From assembly GCA_028534125.1 (NCBI GenBank), contig CM052817.1, positions 76,014,001 to 76,078,000 on the forward strand: 64,000 bases of DNA. Reading direction: 5' to 3'. Shown piece by piece: positions 1-11,300 of the stretch (positions are counted from its first letter, which is position 1; each line of letters opens with the position of its first letter). The DNA comes from Lama glama (Eukaryota). The notes beneath the pieces are model-generated. The model had not been told where the DNA came from, ran no database searches, and saw only the letters and a list, made by a program, of their open reading frames with translations. A program made the position numbers and the translations under genes.

Positions 1-689
1 ATGTTACTTCACCTAGTTATTATAAGAATGTAATGTAACCATTGATGTGAAAAGATTTTATAAGTTACCTAGTTATTCATCTAGTTTTCAATTCCTTTGC
101 TAATAAGATCTAAAAATTCAGTTTAATCATTTCTAAAGTCTCTGTCAGTTTGCACTGTATGAGATTGTCTAAAGAATGACTGAGGGAGACCCGGCATCCA
201 TTCATTTGAACATAGTAATCGTACAAAGTTGAGTGAGCAGAACATCCTCTCCGAGAGTTAGAATCTCCATCATCTGTCTATATGGTAAGCTTTGCCTAAA
301 ACGAAGGGCATTTTGTGACGAGGCAGGGTTGGCCTCCCTGACTTCAGCCTCTTTGGGTGATGGACACCATTCTAAAACACTCTGATTTCCCTGAACAACT
401 TATTATCTAACTGTGATATAACACTTAAAGTATTTAAAGATATTTATATAATTACTGTCTATCGTCTGTTGTTGTAAGAAATTGCAAAAGCTTCTAGTAT
501 GAAACGAACTTTACCAGCCCCTTATCCTCAAGGAAATATGACATCATTCTGCTTGTACTTTTGTAGAACTCAACTGTTTTCCTCTTATCTTTCACATTTG
601 CATACTGAAAAACTTTTTTTTTTTACTCTTAACTCTTTTAAAATTATTTATTTACCATAGTCAGATTCATAATTAGATAGGTTTGAAAG

Positions 690-1430
690 GGCTTGAGGTT
701 TAGAGTGAGAGAAACTTCTAGTGAGGAAAGGAGGAAAATCAACCCATGGACAGATACAGTGATTTCAGATGTGGTAAGAACTATGCAGAACACAAAGCCG
801 GTAATGACAGAAAGTGTGGCAGCGAGTGCCCAAGGGGGAGGGAGTGCTGCCTTGGTGGCGGAGACCAAGAAAAGACTACTGTGACATTTGGGCTGTGACC
901 TGTAAAGTGGGAAGACTCTGCAATGTGAATCTCCAGGCTGAGACCTTAAAGTAAAATAATTTTTGTACAGTCAAGAGAGAGAATGAAGACCAGAGTGAGT
1001 GGAGCACATTTGATGCAAGGGAGCCTGGAGTGAGATTCGTTCAGAAAAGCAGGCAGGAACCCAATTCTGTGAAGTCTGGTGAGCCACGGAGAGGAGTTTG
1101 GATTTTATTCTAACTTCAGCAGGCGAGGGCCTTGGAAATGCCGTGATAGGGCCTTACTTAGGTTTTTAAATGGTCACTCCGGCTGACATGAGGAGAACAG
1201 ACTTCAGGAGAGACGAAAGGGTTAATCAGCTGTTCAGTTAAATTAGGAGCTTAATGAATGCTGGAATGTAAGAGACTAATAGCAGAGGAGATGGGGAGAA
1301 GTGATCAGGTTTAAGATACATGGTGGCAGTAGTGCTGAAAGGACCTGCTTAATAATTCTTTGTGGGGAAGAACTGAAGTAGCAAAAGGGGGTAAGTCGCA
1401 GGGTGGATAGAGGTGCGTTCCTGTGGCAGG
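690..1430 (-). mobile_element. LINE-2 (L2) fragment, degraded
   Basis: Purine-rich stretch with antisense L2 3'-region motifs (gtgacatttgggctg, gaggagtttggattttattct, agagga..tggggagaagtgatcag). Confidence 0.75.
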
Positions 1431-1444
1431 AAGGCGGAGAAGAG

Positions 1445-1668
1445 GAGTAGTATCAGGCAGTAGTTGTAAGAGTGCAGGCTCTAGAGACAAAAAGTTTGTC
1501 CCCATCTTCACCACTTACTGGCCTTGGGCAAGCTTCTTACATTCTCTGTGCCTTAGTTTTCTCGTGTATAAAATGAGAATGATAATACCTGTCTCATCAC
1601 TGGCTCTAAGGATTGAAGGAGATTCTGTGTTAAAATTTGTTTAGAACAGGGCTTGACATGTGATAAGT
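1445..1668 (+). mobile_element. MIR SINE inserted in L2
   Basis: MIR core: ccacttactggccttgggcaag...tctctgtgccttagttttctcgtgtataaaatgagaatgataatacct. Confidence 0.85.
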
Positions 1669-1699
1669 TTTATCACTGAAAGGATAGAACAAAAACTTT

Positions 1700-1862
1700 T
1701 TTGACATGTATGGTGTGAGATACCTAGTGGACATCTGAGCGGAGGTGCATGTGTATGTCACAGAATGGTGGTATTGAAGTTGGAGAGAAGTGATCCAGGC
1801 TGAGATGTATGTTGGTGGTAGATCTGAAGAGATGTGACAATAGAGGGCCATGGGTGATTGGA
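1700..1862 (-). mobile_element. L2 fragment (continuation)
   Basis: tgagatacctagtggacatctgagcggaggtg...caggctgagatgtatg resembles antisense L2. Confidence 0.65.
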
Positions 1863-1864
1863 TA

Positions 1865-2015
1865 GATTCTGAAGACAGACTGAGTTTGCATCCCATCTTC
1901 ACCACTTGCTATCCATAGGCAGGTGCTGTAACCTGAGCGCCTTGAGTTCCTTGTGTTTGAAATGAGAAGCTTAATGGAAACTATCTCATACTTTTTTTCT
2001 AAGGATTAAAAATCT
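1865..2015 (+). mobile_element. MIR SINE (second copy)
   Basis: cccatcttcaccacttgct...ccttgagttccttgtgtttgaaatgag...tctaaggatt; parallels the MIR at 1445-1668. Confidence 0.7.
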
Positions 2016-2079
2016 TATATATTAAATGTATGGTTTGTGCCAGTTATCAAGGGAGAATGACTAAGAGTCACATTTGTAC

Positions 2080-2225
2080 CTGGTAAGCTTGAAATGGGTT
2101 TGCAGTGGACAAGTGGAGATGTCTTCATAAACGAGTGTAGAGATCAGGAAGACTCAAAGCTCAAGATATGAATGCAATATCCATCAGCACACTGATAGCC
2201 CTTACAGCACCAGGACAGGATGAAA
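2080..2225 (-). mobile_element. L2 fragment (second copy of the same L2 segment)
   Basis: ttgaaatgg...ggacaagtggagatgtc...catcagcacactgatag. Confidence 0.6.
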
Positions 2226-2919
2226 CCTTACAGACTCTCTCTAACGTTTGAAAAACTAATGCCTGGTATGTATTGATGATTATTAAAGGGAAAACGATCA
2301 AGCAAAGTAGAAAAAAAAAAAAGGACAAGATCAGAAGCACTTCACAATTAAGGTCATTGCTCCAGTAAACTTAGATGAAAGTTAATAGCAGGGAGTCAGA
2401 AATAATTGTAAAGTTCACTAATTTTTAGGTAGTCTTATTCCTAAAGTGACTCATGGAATAGTCTCATTTGAAGTTCTATACCCCAAACTATCCTTCTTTT
2501 AACATTTTACTTAGTGCCTTCAAATTAGTTTGTAGGCTTCTGTGTTGTATTATGAGATGTGGAAATACACATCACATAATGTGGTGTATTTTGGGGGGGC
2601 ATGTCATTGCCCCTGGCATGGTGAATACAAGTAGAAAGTTCCCATTTTAAATACGATCTTTAATTATTTAATGTGGTGACTAAAGTATCTTTCCCTTACT
2701 ACTGCGTAATGGACTAACTCCTGGGGCCCTGGGTCATTTTGTTCTAAGGAAGACATTTAGGTGGACAGCTCATGGTACTGCCATCCCCTCCCCCCCTTCC
2801 CCCAGTGACTTACTTTGGGGAACTGATCAAAGCTCAGTGGTCATGTTCAGAATACACATTGATTTATGTATGTAGAATACAGAAATTATCTGTCTCTTTC
2901 TACAAAAGCCTCAATGGAA

Positions 2920-3100
2920 AGTGAAAAGATGCTAGGTTTGTGGCTTGAGCAGGGAATTCCAATGCTGGAATTTCACATACCCACTAGAGCAAAAACTTTG
3001 CCAGTTTCTTAACCTTCTGAACCATAGTCAACTCATATATAAAATGGAGATGATGACACCTACCTCATAGTAATTGAAGGTTGTGAATGAGATATGTCCT
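2920..3100 (+). mobile_element. MIR SINE
   Basis: cttaaccttctgaacc...ctcatatataaaatggagatgatgacacctacctcatagtaattgaagg. Confidence 0.75.
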
Positions 3101-3939
3101 CAGAAGATTGTTTTATCATCTATCCTGCAGAATGTGTTCTCGGGAAGTATTTCGGGTGTTTACGAATTCCCATTTAACCATGTGCACCAACTACATATAC
3201 ACTCTTCGTCAATTTATTATGTGCTCAAAAAATTCAACCTGTTTTGAAAGCATACATTTGAGTGTATGTATGCATATGTTATTTGTGGTCATAAAATTAC
3301 ACAGTTATAGAAGTGTACTGTTAACTTTACATACATACTTTCCTTATCATTTCTAAGTAGTTCTTCAAATGTAATAGGGGGGACTTTTTTTACAATTGTA
3401 GTTTTTTTTTTTAAACAGATTTAGCAGCATTTATAGTCTAGGACTGTGACAGTCTCGTTATATCCTGGCCCCCAGAGGAAAATTATGCTAATTAAGTACA
3501 TTTAATGAGGAAAATTAATGCTTCTTTGCCATGTTCTCCTTAAGCTACTGTTTCTTTACTTACTAGTGCTTATTATAATTTATTAACCAAGAATTAAACA
3601 TCTCAGTAACTGAAACCCTCCTCTGCTCCTGACCCCACACTGAAATTACTAGGTAGAAATTTGCATAAAGTTACAAACCAGTCAATTAGCTTTCTGAGAA
3701 TAAAGCTGCCATCAAACGGTTTCTTGTAGTGCTGGAGGTCAGGAAAACGCTACAGCTTTTGTGGAGCCAGTGCTGATTTTCATTTTCAAGCCCAGGAGCC
3801 AAACATATAAATCATGCACAACACAGTGTACTTGTCATTGGAAAGCTGTTTATAGTCATGTATATTTATTAGTTTTCCCTGGTTGAGAGCTGCGTGTTTT
3901 CTTTGCCCTCTTGCTCTGTAGCTTTGCATCTCACAAACA

Positions 3940-3972
3940 ACACACACACACACTCACACACACGCACACACA
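3940..3972. repeat. Imperfect (CA)n microsatellite
   Basis: acacacacacacactcacacacacgcacacaca seen directly. Confidence 0.95.
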
Positions 3973-4304
3973 GTTCCTTTCTACAAATATGGTACATTTG
4001 ATCACATTTCACGGCATGAATAATTTTTCTACCTGCGTCTTTATACCGTTGCTTCATTGGTACTTTAAATAAACTGCTTTTTTTTTTTCGCTGTACATGG
4101 CTGTCTACAAATTGTCATTATGTCACTAGAGTTTTTTTTTCTCTTGATATATTGCATAACTGATTAATACTGTTGTCAATACATGTGAATTGACGTATTC
4201 TGTACTTGTGGATTTGTCGAAGCATATATTTCTTCTAAAGTGATACCCCAAATTCTCTGGTTTTTGGTTTTTGTTTTTTTCTTTTTAATGAAGAGTCAGT
4301 TTTT

Positions 4305-4410
4305 AAGGCTTGCCCAATTTACTTAATCTCTGTGTGCCTTGATTTTTTTCATCTATAAAATGGACTGTATGAGTGAATTGAAGGAGATGGTACTTACCAC
4401 AGAGCTTAGT
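4305..4410 (+). mobile_element. MIR fragment
   Basis: ttacttaatctctgtgtgccttgattttttcatctataaaatgg. Confidence 0.7.
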
Positions 4411-4428
4411 TTATCTCTTGTAACTGAC

Positions 4429-4912
4429 TGTGGCAGTGAAATGGAGTCTTTGTAATGTTTTCTTGAGTCGTGGTGGGCTTTGTAATGGCTTCTGTTATTA
4501 GAAATGATTCTTTACCAATTTTCCCAGCCCGGGCAGTTTTTACCTCCCATCTCTTGTTAGGCTGTATCTGTGAGCTCTGGCTTGACATGTAAATTTTCTG
4601 ACTACCCTTGAGACCATGATGCTGGTGAGGCCATGTGGAGGCTTTATGGTCCACTGTCTTAGCTAAGCCGAGGATTCCAGCCATTTCCATCAACACAGCA
4701 GGCATATGAATAAATCAGTTTTGAATGTTCCAAATTTAGCCCATCTACCAGGAGAGTACCACCGCAGAGGAACCTCTGCTTATGCTCCGCACAGTGGAAG
4801 AATTTCTTACCCATGTTCTAGCTGAATTCCTGACCCGCAAAACCTTGAGATTTAAGAAAATGGTGGTTGTTGTATAAGCCACTAAGTTTTGGGACAGCAT
4901 TAGATAGCCAAC
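4429..4912 (+). mobile_element. MaLR solo LTR (MLT1-like)
   Basis: Starts tgtggcag; internal gtgaggccatgtggag; 3' end aattcctgacccgcaaaacc...ttgttgtataagccactaagttttggga...agatagccaaca. Confidence 0.75.
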
Positions 4913-5519
4913 ATATAAATAAAATGGCTTTCGTATCCTATGACATTACTAAAAACACTTAATCATTTCTGATACTTTTGTATGTATATTTTTTGTATAT
5001 TCCAACTATCCTGAATATACATATGATTTTCTAAATACATTTTTACCTGAGAATGACTTTATTCTTAACTATCCATTGTTCATTCATTCATTATCATGCC
5101 CCCTTGCAGTGACTGAAGCCTTTGGTGCAGTGCTGGATATATGCAATCACGGAAGGATAGTGCAGTTTTTTATTTTAGGGGGAAAGCTGTTAAGAATATC
5201 CTATTCAGTGTGATGTTTGCTTTAGGTATTTTGTAAATGCACTCTATTACATTAGGAAGTTCCAGAATGCTCTTGAAAACTATTTTTAAAAATATTTGCA
5301 TGTTGTTTTTCTCTTATCTCTAATATTGAGAGCTCCATGAGGCTCTCATGTTCTATATGCTTACTGCTGTAACTTACGCAACTAGAACAGTGACTGCTGA
5401 ATACATCAATAAATGACTGAAAAAATAATTTAACCTGTGAAAATGAAACCTTCATGCTTTCTATTAGTGTATTTATGGAACTAATTAAATTATTTGATGA
5501 TGTGAAAAATTGTGAAAGA

Positions 5520-5735
5520 AAACTTACTGGAGAAAATATTTGCAAATGACGTGACTGACAAGAGCTTAATTTCCAGAATATACAGACAGCTCATACAACT
5601 CAATAACAAAAAAGCAAACAGCTCAATTCAAAATTGAGCAGAAGACCTAAAGAAATATTTCTCTAGGGAAGACATGCAGGCGGCCAATAGACATATGAAA
5701 AAAAATGCTCAATATTGCTAAGTATCAGAGAAATG
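5520..5735 (+). mobile_element. Relatively young L1 ORF2 internal fragment with no 3' UTR or poly(A)
   Basis: tggagaaaatatttgcaaatgacgtgactgacaagagcttaatttccagaatatac...gccaatagacatatgaaaaaaaatgctcaatattgctaagtatcagagaaatg encodes an L1 ORF2 C-terminal segment (EKIFANDVTDKSLISRIY). Confidence 0.85.
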
Positions 5736-5849
5736 TTAAGTATTAGGATGAATAAATTATCTTCTGTTTTAAAGGCAGTTAACAGTATCAAACTTTACAG
5801 CAAGTTTGAGGGGAACACAGTTCCTAATCAAATTGATCAACATACATTC

Positions 5850-6290
5850 TTTTTTTACATAGTGTAGCTATTAAAAATATGGAAACATCTATATGTAGCT
5901 GATAATGAGTGAACTCCAAGATCTTGAAAGAGAACAAATAAAAGGCACAGTATAGTGACTAGAGCCTAATGCCATTGATATATAAAAAGAATGTATATCT
6001 CATTCTAAATTCTTCACCTTATCTTATAGTCTAGGAAAGTAAGTTATGGACTGATTATGTAATTTGTCAAAGGTCACATAGCTGGTAAGTCTGTTTATCT
6101 GTGTACAAATCTGTCTGTTTCTGAAAGTATTTGTAATAAGCTAGTGAGACTGGCCTGGGCATCTCTGGAGATGGAAACTGGGAAGCATAAGATGAAAGGC
6201 AGGATCATAAGAGCCGTCTTATTTTACTGCTTTTCATGCTTTTGCATTTGTATCATATACATGTACTATCCTGATAAACACTTAATATTT
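5850..6290 (+). mobile_element. Old L1 (L1ME-like) 3' end, interrupted by a minus-strand MIR fragment (~6000-6090)
   Basis: tagtgtagctattaaaaat...gaactccaagat...aaaaggcacag; MIR piece aatttgtcaaaggtcacatagctggtaagt. Confidence 0.55.
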
Positions 6291-7139
6291 TAAAATGCTG
6301 CTATGTTTAAATATTTATTATGGCATGGCATAGCTCTCTACAATTGCACATTCTTTTTAAATTTTCAATTCTAATATTATCAAGAGTTATTCTGTTTGCA
6401 TTTTGCGAGACTCTTCAAAGGTTTAATGAGCATAAAGATTTTTAGACTACTACTTATATACCAATACCAATAACAATCTTAGAACTTCCATGTGCTTAGA
6501 CTAATACAAATATGTCTTTAGAGTAAGTGAGGTCTCACTTGTTTCTGTGGAATTTAATGAAACCCTGGTTTTGATCCTACTATGTTTGATACTAGATTTC
6601 AGTGAAAGTTGGGTTCTCAGTTTGTGATTTTTGAAGGTTGTAATTTTAAGAAGTCCTGAAGGCCTTATTTCCTTAAGCTTTTTAGACCAAGTTAATAATA
6701 TCCAGAAATGTCCCAATAGTTCATGTTTTAAAATCATGTTGTGATTTAAAAAGGCCTTTACTTTCTAGTGATGAAAATAACAATTAAAAACCCAGTCCAT
6801 AGATGTGTGAAGTGTTTTCTTAAATACCCTATGCTATATTTTAATAGGAGTGAATAAAAACTTCTTTCCTATGCTTTAACATGCTTTCCCAACCAAAATA
6901 TTCCTTTGCTTATAAAATGTTTTTCTCAAAAGTAGTTAAATTTGGAAATGTATTTACCTCCTTCTGCCAAGGCATATGGCTACCTTGCTCAAAAGAGATA
7001 AATACTTGCTGTACCCCTAAACTGTAAACATGTTTTAAAAAGTACTGTAAAGTTCTGGAATGCATTGATAAGGAGGGGAATTGCTTGTACATAAATTATG
7101 TGTTCACTTATGAAGAGTTTACGGTACTTTGGATATAAC

Positions 7140-7626
7140 TGGTACTAAAGGAAAATTTTTCTGACACTAGTGGAAACCATAAGAAAGGCATTTCAGGACT
7201 GCTGTGATAGACATCATTACCATCCCTGTGCAGGAAAAAGATTGGGTTCAACCTTGAAGGCAGTAAACACTGCTGGGAATTTATAGTCTACTTGTGTGTG
7301 TATGTGTGTTAGTGGAGGGGGTCAGTGTTGGTGGGTGTAAAATTACTAAGTCGAGAAATCAAAGGTAGGATTCTTGCTAAACCAATTTACCAGGATTTTT
7401 GCTGAAGGAAGGCCAGAGGAATCAGGTATTTACAGACAGAGGGATAAGGAACTTGGTCAGATATCAAGATGGATCAGATATCAATGGCAGGGGAACACAG
7501 CAGGAATCTTACTACAATTGTCCTTTGCTGGCCCAGCAAGGACTGAGGCCAAAGGATGAGGCCTAGACAAAAACAGTCTCAGAAGAGCCTACCCAAAGTT
7601 TGTTCATGGAGAGAATGAACCTGTCA
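7140..7626 (-). mobile_element. ERV1 solo LTR (MER31-like)
   Basis: aaaattactaag...ggattcttgctaaacc...gaggcctag...ctcagaagagcct...aaagtttg...ggagaga...tgtca; reverse-complement similarity to the LTR at 50070-50406. Confidence 0.75.
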
Positions 7627-8099
7627 CCTGTCAGAATATGCCACATGCAACTTCAAGTCAGTAGAATCTGAGGCAAACCCAGAGCACCCAGGCTCTCCTA
7701 AAGGCCCATCTGGCCTGCCAGACGTGATGGGCACTGACGTGAACTCCCTGTCTCTCTCTTGAGTGACTGAGCTGCTTTCAGTAGTCCACATGTTGACCAT
7801 AAGAGAACCAAAAGGGCAAAGACATCGGCAAGAAGAATGAGACATGCCAGCTGAGCGTCATCAGTGGCCACGGCAGGCAGAGACTGTACTCCCTACACAG
7901 GTAGCACACAGCGTCCGCCCCTCACCTCCTGCTTGCTGGCAATTGCTGCTTAGCTTGTTCAAGAAGATAAATAAGTGAAAGGTCTTTAACCCAAACCACG
8001 TTGGGGTGCAGTTTCTCTTGATATTATCTGCTCTTCACCATCTCTGCTATCAGTCCTTGTTTTGACTTTGAAGTGTAGTTACTCAGAATAAAAGGTTAA

Positions 8100-8289
8100 C
8101 CACTATCTATAAAAGATAGATTAAAAAAACGAATTTCTTCTTTATAGCACAGGGAACGATATTCAATATTTTATAATAACTTTTAATGAGGAAGAATATG
8201 ATAACCAATGTATGCATGAATGGGACATTATGCTGTACACCAGAAATTAACACATTGCAACTGACTACTTAAATTAAAAAAAAAAAAAA
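8100..8289 (+). mobile_element. Severely 5'-truncated young L1 (3' UTR + poly-A), camelid-type
   Basis: atagcacagggaacgatattcaatat...atgctgtacaccagaaattaacacattgcaactgactacttaaattaaaaaaaaaaaaa. Confidence 0.85.
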
Positions 8290-8358
8290 GCGCTAGGACC
8301 CCTTGAAGACTTTTAACATTTCTTGCTCCTAAGATAGTTTTGAACCAAGAAAACTTGC

Positions 8359-11300
8359 TTTATTTTATTTTTATGTTTTCTTCCAGAACATACAGCAGTG
8401 TTAAATATATGAATCATGTTGTACATCACCTCCATAGTACTTATTTTTCTTATAACTAGAAGTTTGAACCACTTGACCACATTTATCCAGTTCCTCCTCC
8501 CCTCAGTCCCCGCCTCTGGTAACCACAAGTCTAATCTCTTAGTATGAGTTTCTTTGTTTGTTCTTTTGTTTGTTTTTAAAGTATAATTGACTAAAGCGTC
8601 TTGTAAGATTTTGGTGCCTAACATAGTGTTTCGATATTTCTCGACATTACAGTGATCACCATGATGAGGCTAGAGACCTTCTGTCACCATACAGAGACAT
8701 TACACAATTACTGACTATATTCTCCATGCTGTACGTTTCATCCCCATGACTTCTTTATTTTTGTACCTGGAAGTTTTTACTTCTTAACCTCCCTCACCCA
8801 TTTCTCACCCACCCTGCCCCTGGCAACCACTTGTTTGTTCTCTGTATCTGTGACTCTGTTTCTATTTTGTTATGATTGTTTTTTTTTTTTTTGGCTTCTT
8901 AGATTCTGCATGTAACTGAAATTATATAGTATTTGTATTTCTTTGTGTTACTTATTTCACTTAGCAAAATACTCTCCAGTTCCATCCATGTTGTCACAAA
9001 TGACAAGATACCATTATTTTTAAATGGCTGAGTAATATTCCATTGTGTGTGTATGTGTGTGTGTGTGTGTACACCACATCTTTATCCATTCATCTGATGA
9101 TTGGTACTTAGAGTATGTTTTTTAATGGTTTGGCTATTATAAATAATGATGCAGTGAACATAGGAGTGCATTTTTTTTTTAAGATTAGTGTTTTCATAAT
9201 CTTTGGATAAATACTCAGAAGTGGGATAGCTGGAACATATGGTTCTATTCTTTTTTTTTTTTGAGGAATTTCCAAACTATCTTCCATAGTGGCTTCACTA
9301 ATATACATTATGACCATCAGTGCATGAGAGTTCCCATTTCTTGACATCCTTGCTAACACTTGTTATTTATTGTCTTTTTGGCAATAGCCATTCTGATAGG
9401 TTTGAGGCTATATCACATTGTGGTTTTGATTTGCATTTCCCTGATGATTAGTGATATTGAATGCATTTTCATGTGCCTGTTGACCATCTGTGTCTTCTTT
9501 GGAAAAATCTATTCAGATCCTCTGCCCATTTTTTAATCAGATTGTTTGCTTTTTTTAATTGTTCAGTTGTTTCAGTTCTTCATATATTTAGGGTATTATC
9601 CCCTTATTGGATATATCATTTGTAGGTATATTCTCCATTAAGTTGCTTGTCTTTTCCTTTTATTGATTCTTTCCTTTGCTGTGCAGAAGCTTTTTAGTTT
9701 GATATGATCCCATTAATTTATTTTTGCTTGTGTTCCCCTTGCCTGAGGAGACATATCTAGTAAAATACTGCTAAGACTGATGTCAAAGAACATATCGTCT
9801 GTTTTCCTCTAGGAGTTTTACGATTTCAGATCTTATAGTCAAGTCTTTAATCCATTTTGAGTTAATTTTTGTATATGGTTTGAGTTAGTGGTCTAATTTA
9901 ATTTTTTTTTTTGCATATAGCTGTCCAGTTTTCTCAACATCACTTATTGAATAACCTGACCTTTCTCTTGTGTTTTTTTTTTTTTGCTTCCTTCTTGTAA
10001 TTGTCCATATACATGATTTATTTCTGGGCCCTTAATTCTGTTTCATTGAGCTGTGTATCTTTTTCTGCCAATATCATGCTATTTTGATTACTTTGGCCTT
10101 GTAGTATAGCTTAAAAACAGGGAGGGTGATACCTTCAGCTTTGTTCTTTTTTTCAGGATTGCTTTGGCTTTCAGGATCTTTTGTGGTTCTATATAAATTT
10201 TAGATTGTGGTTCAGTTCTGTAAATATGCTTAGAATTTTGTTAGAGATTGCACTGAATTGGTAGATTCTTTAGGTAATACGAACCTTTTGACAATGTTAA
10301 ATCTTCTAATCCATGAGTATAGAATATCTTTCTATTTATTGATGTGTTCAGTTTCTTACTGCAATATCTTATAGTTTCAGCATACTGGTCTTTCACTTCC
10401 TTGATTAGATTTATTCCTAGATATTTTTATTCTTTTTGTTGAGACTGTAAATGAGATAGTTTTCTTAATTTCTCTTCCTGCCAGCTCGTTGTTAGTGTAT
10501 AGAAGTGCAACAGACTTTTCTGTAATAATTTTGTATCCTGCAGCTTTTCTGTATACACTTATTAGTTATAACAGCTTTTGGTGGAATCATTAGTGTTTTC
10601 TCTATATAATATTATGTTTGTAAATAATGAGAGTTTTGTGTCTTCCTTTCCAATTTGGGTTTCTTTTATTTCTTTTTATTGCCTAATTGCTCTGGTTAGG
10701 ACTTTCAGTACTGTAAGAGTGGAGAGAATGAGTATCCTGTCTTGTTCCTGTACTTAGAGGGATAGCATTCATTTTTTTCACCATTAAATATGATGTTAGT
10801 TCTGTGTTTGTCATATATGACTTATATTATGTTAGAAAACTCCCTATGTACCCATTTTATTAAGGGTTATCATAAATAGGTGGTGAATCTTGTCAAATGC
10901 TGTTTCTACATCAATTAAGATGATCATATGGTTTTTATCATTCATTTTGTTAATGTGGTATGTCATGATAATTGATTGTGGATGTTGAACCATTCTTGCA
11001 TCCCTGAATAAATCTCACTTAATCATGGTGTATGATCCTTTTTATGTATTGCTGAATTCAATTTGCTAATATTTTCTTAAGGAATTTTGCATCTATGTTC
11101 ATCAGAGATATTGGCCTGTGATGTTCTTTTGTGTGTTTGTTATCTATGTCTTGCTTTGGTATTAGGGTGATGTTGGCCTCATAAATGAATTGGGAAATAT
11201 TTCCTCCCCTTCAATAATTGGAATAGTTTGAAAAGGATATATATTAAATCTATTTTGGTTGCTTAGTAGAATGTCTGGTCCTGGACTTTTGTTTTTTGAG

